A stretch of DNA of 34,817 nucleotides, from contig NIVC01003626.1 of the NCBI GenBank assembly GCA_002269645.1, positions 1 through 34,817 of the forward strand. The letters are read 5' to 3'. Source of the stretch: Macrostomum lignano (taxonomy: Eukaryota). This document shows, piece after piece, positions 33,595-34,817 of this stretch. Under the pieces are notes generated by a model, which saw only the letters and a program-made list of their open reading frames with translations, ran no database searches and had not been told where the DNA came from. Numbering within the stretch: the stretch's first letter is position 1; each line of letters opens with the position of its first letter. Both the position numbers and the translations under genes were made by a program.

Positions 33595-34212
33595 AATGGC
33601 TCAGAGGAGAGGATATAAGGGGAGTCAGGGGGAGAGGATATGAGGGTCAGGGGGGGAGAGGATATGAGGGTCAGGGGGGAGAGGATATGAGGGTCAGAGG
33701 GAGAGGATATGAGGGTCAGGGGAGAGGATATGAGGGTCAGGGGGGAGAGGATATGAAGGTCAGGGGGGGGAGAGGAGAGGATATGAGGGGGTCAGGAGAG
33801 GATATGAGGGGGTCAGGAGAGGATATGAGGGGGATCAGGAGAGAATATAAGGGGGTCAGGAGAAGGTATGAGGGGGGGTCAGGAGAGGATATGAGGGGGG
33901 TCAGGAGAGAGGATATAAGGGGGGTCAGGGATAGGAAAAAAGGGGTCAGAGGAGAGGATATAAGAGGGGTCACAGGAGAGGATAAAAGGGGGGTCAGAGG
34001 AGAGGATAGAAGGGGGTCACAGGTGAGGTGAGGGGGGGTCAGAGGAGAGGATAAAAGGGGGGTCAGAGGAGAGGATAGAAGGGGTCACAGGAGAGGATAA
34101 AAGGGGGTCAGAGGAGAGGATAAAAGGGGTCACAGGAGAGGATAAAAGGGGGGTCAGAGGAGAGGATAAAAGGGGGGTCAGAGGAGAGGATAAAAGGGGG
34201 GTCAGAGAAGAG
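33595..34212. repeat. GA-rich 21-25 bp degenerate repeat (GAGAGGATATGAGGGGGTCAG), intron 5
   Basis: Directly visible. Confidence 0.93.
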
Positions 34213-34325
34213 AGGTTGGGCATGTATGAGAAAAAGCGAAATGAAAGAAGATTTCACTGTGGCAACGCAATGACATTGTGGGGAGAACAGATCAGGCAGT
34301 GACCTTGAACCGGGCACTCCCGCAG

Positions 34326-34529
34326 ACAATCCGGGAGACGCTGAAGCTGGCCGGAGCCTCGAACCCCACCGAAGTTTCGCCGCAGAACGAGAAAGGCACC
34401 ACCGGTTGGATCACCTTCAACAGCGTGTCTGACGCCACGGATGCAATCTGTTTGGCTAATCACTCTGAGCTGAGCTCGAATACCAAGCTGAAGCTGGCTT
34501 ACGCTTTTAATAAGCATCGGGATCGCTGA
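34326..34529 (+). CDS. HNRNPL: hnRNP L-like protein, terminal exon 6 (RRM4)
   Basis: Acceptor CTCCCGCAG at 34325, phase 0; GWITFNSVSDATDAICLANH...KLKLAY resembles RRM4. Corrected model is ~554 aa. Confidence 0.85.
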   Translation, partial: TIRETLKLAGASNPTEVSPQNEKGTTGWITFNSVSDATDAICLANHSELSSNTKLKLAYAFNKHRDR

Positions 34530-34650
34530 AATTTTAGCCGCTGAATGGTCGCTAAGCTGGGATTCACCTGCGACGGCAAAGGGTGGCTGACTGTCTTTAC
34601 AGATTTGACTTTGTGCAGTGCTTTTGGTTTGACTGACTAGTTTCATTTTT

Positions 34651-34817
34651 ATGGATCCCACCTCATGGATCCCATCGATCCGATGGATCCCACCCCATGG
34701 ATCCCACCCCATGGATCCCACCCCATGGATCCCACCCCATGGATCCCACCCCATGGATCCCACCCCATGGATCCCACCCCATGGATCCCACCCCATGGAT
34801 CCCACCCCATGGATCCC
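34651..34817. repeat. 14-bp minisatellite (ATGGATCCCACCCC), runs off window end
   Basis: Directly visible, downstream of the hnRNP L-like stop codon. Confidence 0.95.

Noticed and set aside
34254-34805. 183-aa minus-strand ORF overlapping hnRNP L-like exon 6
   Set aside because: Starts inside the 14-bp repeat; the remainder is the antisense shadow of the RRM4 exon.

Overview
Eukaryotic (metazoan, probably invertebrate) genomic window with three intron-containing genes; by my rough tally about a third of it (~12 kb) is mini/microsatellite. (1) Plus strand, 1-5479: 3' part of a MAM/LDL-receptor class A type I membrane protein (MALRD1/MAMDC4-like). Its first visible exon has many single-base indels, and two small exons missed by the ORF track encode a cytoplasmic tail with an NPLY (NPxY) motif. 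(2) Minus strand, 16024 to at least 7360: an ankyrin-repeat exon that chains in phase through GT-AG junctions to a 1020-nt RS/RSP-repeat exon and about ten small exons, giving a predicted ~1030-aa ankyrin + RS-domain protein. (3) Plus strand, 29031-34529: six-exon hnRNP L-like gene with four RRMs, each intron filled by a different tandem repeat. It has a candidate in-frame alternative donor adding a 156-aa RG-rich insert and a candidate intronic poly(A) site. The ~11 kb between the two divergent genes holds two MITEs with TSDs, a degenerate LTR-like element with tRNA-primer-like motifs, a TAGGCCTA cluster and further arrays. Most long ORFs in the track are repeat artefacts. All splice models are manual predictions without transcript evidence.
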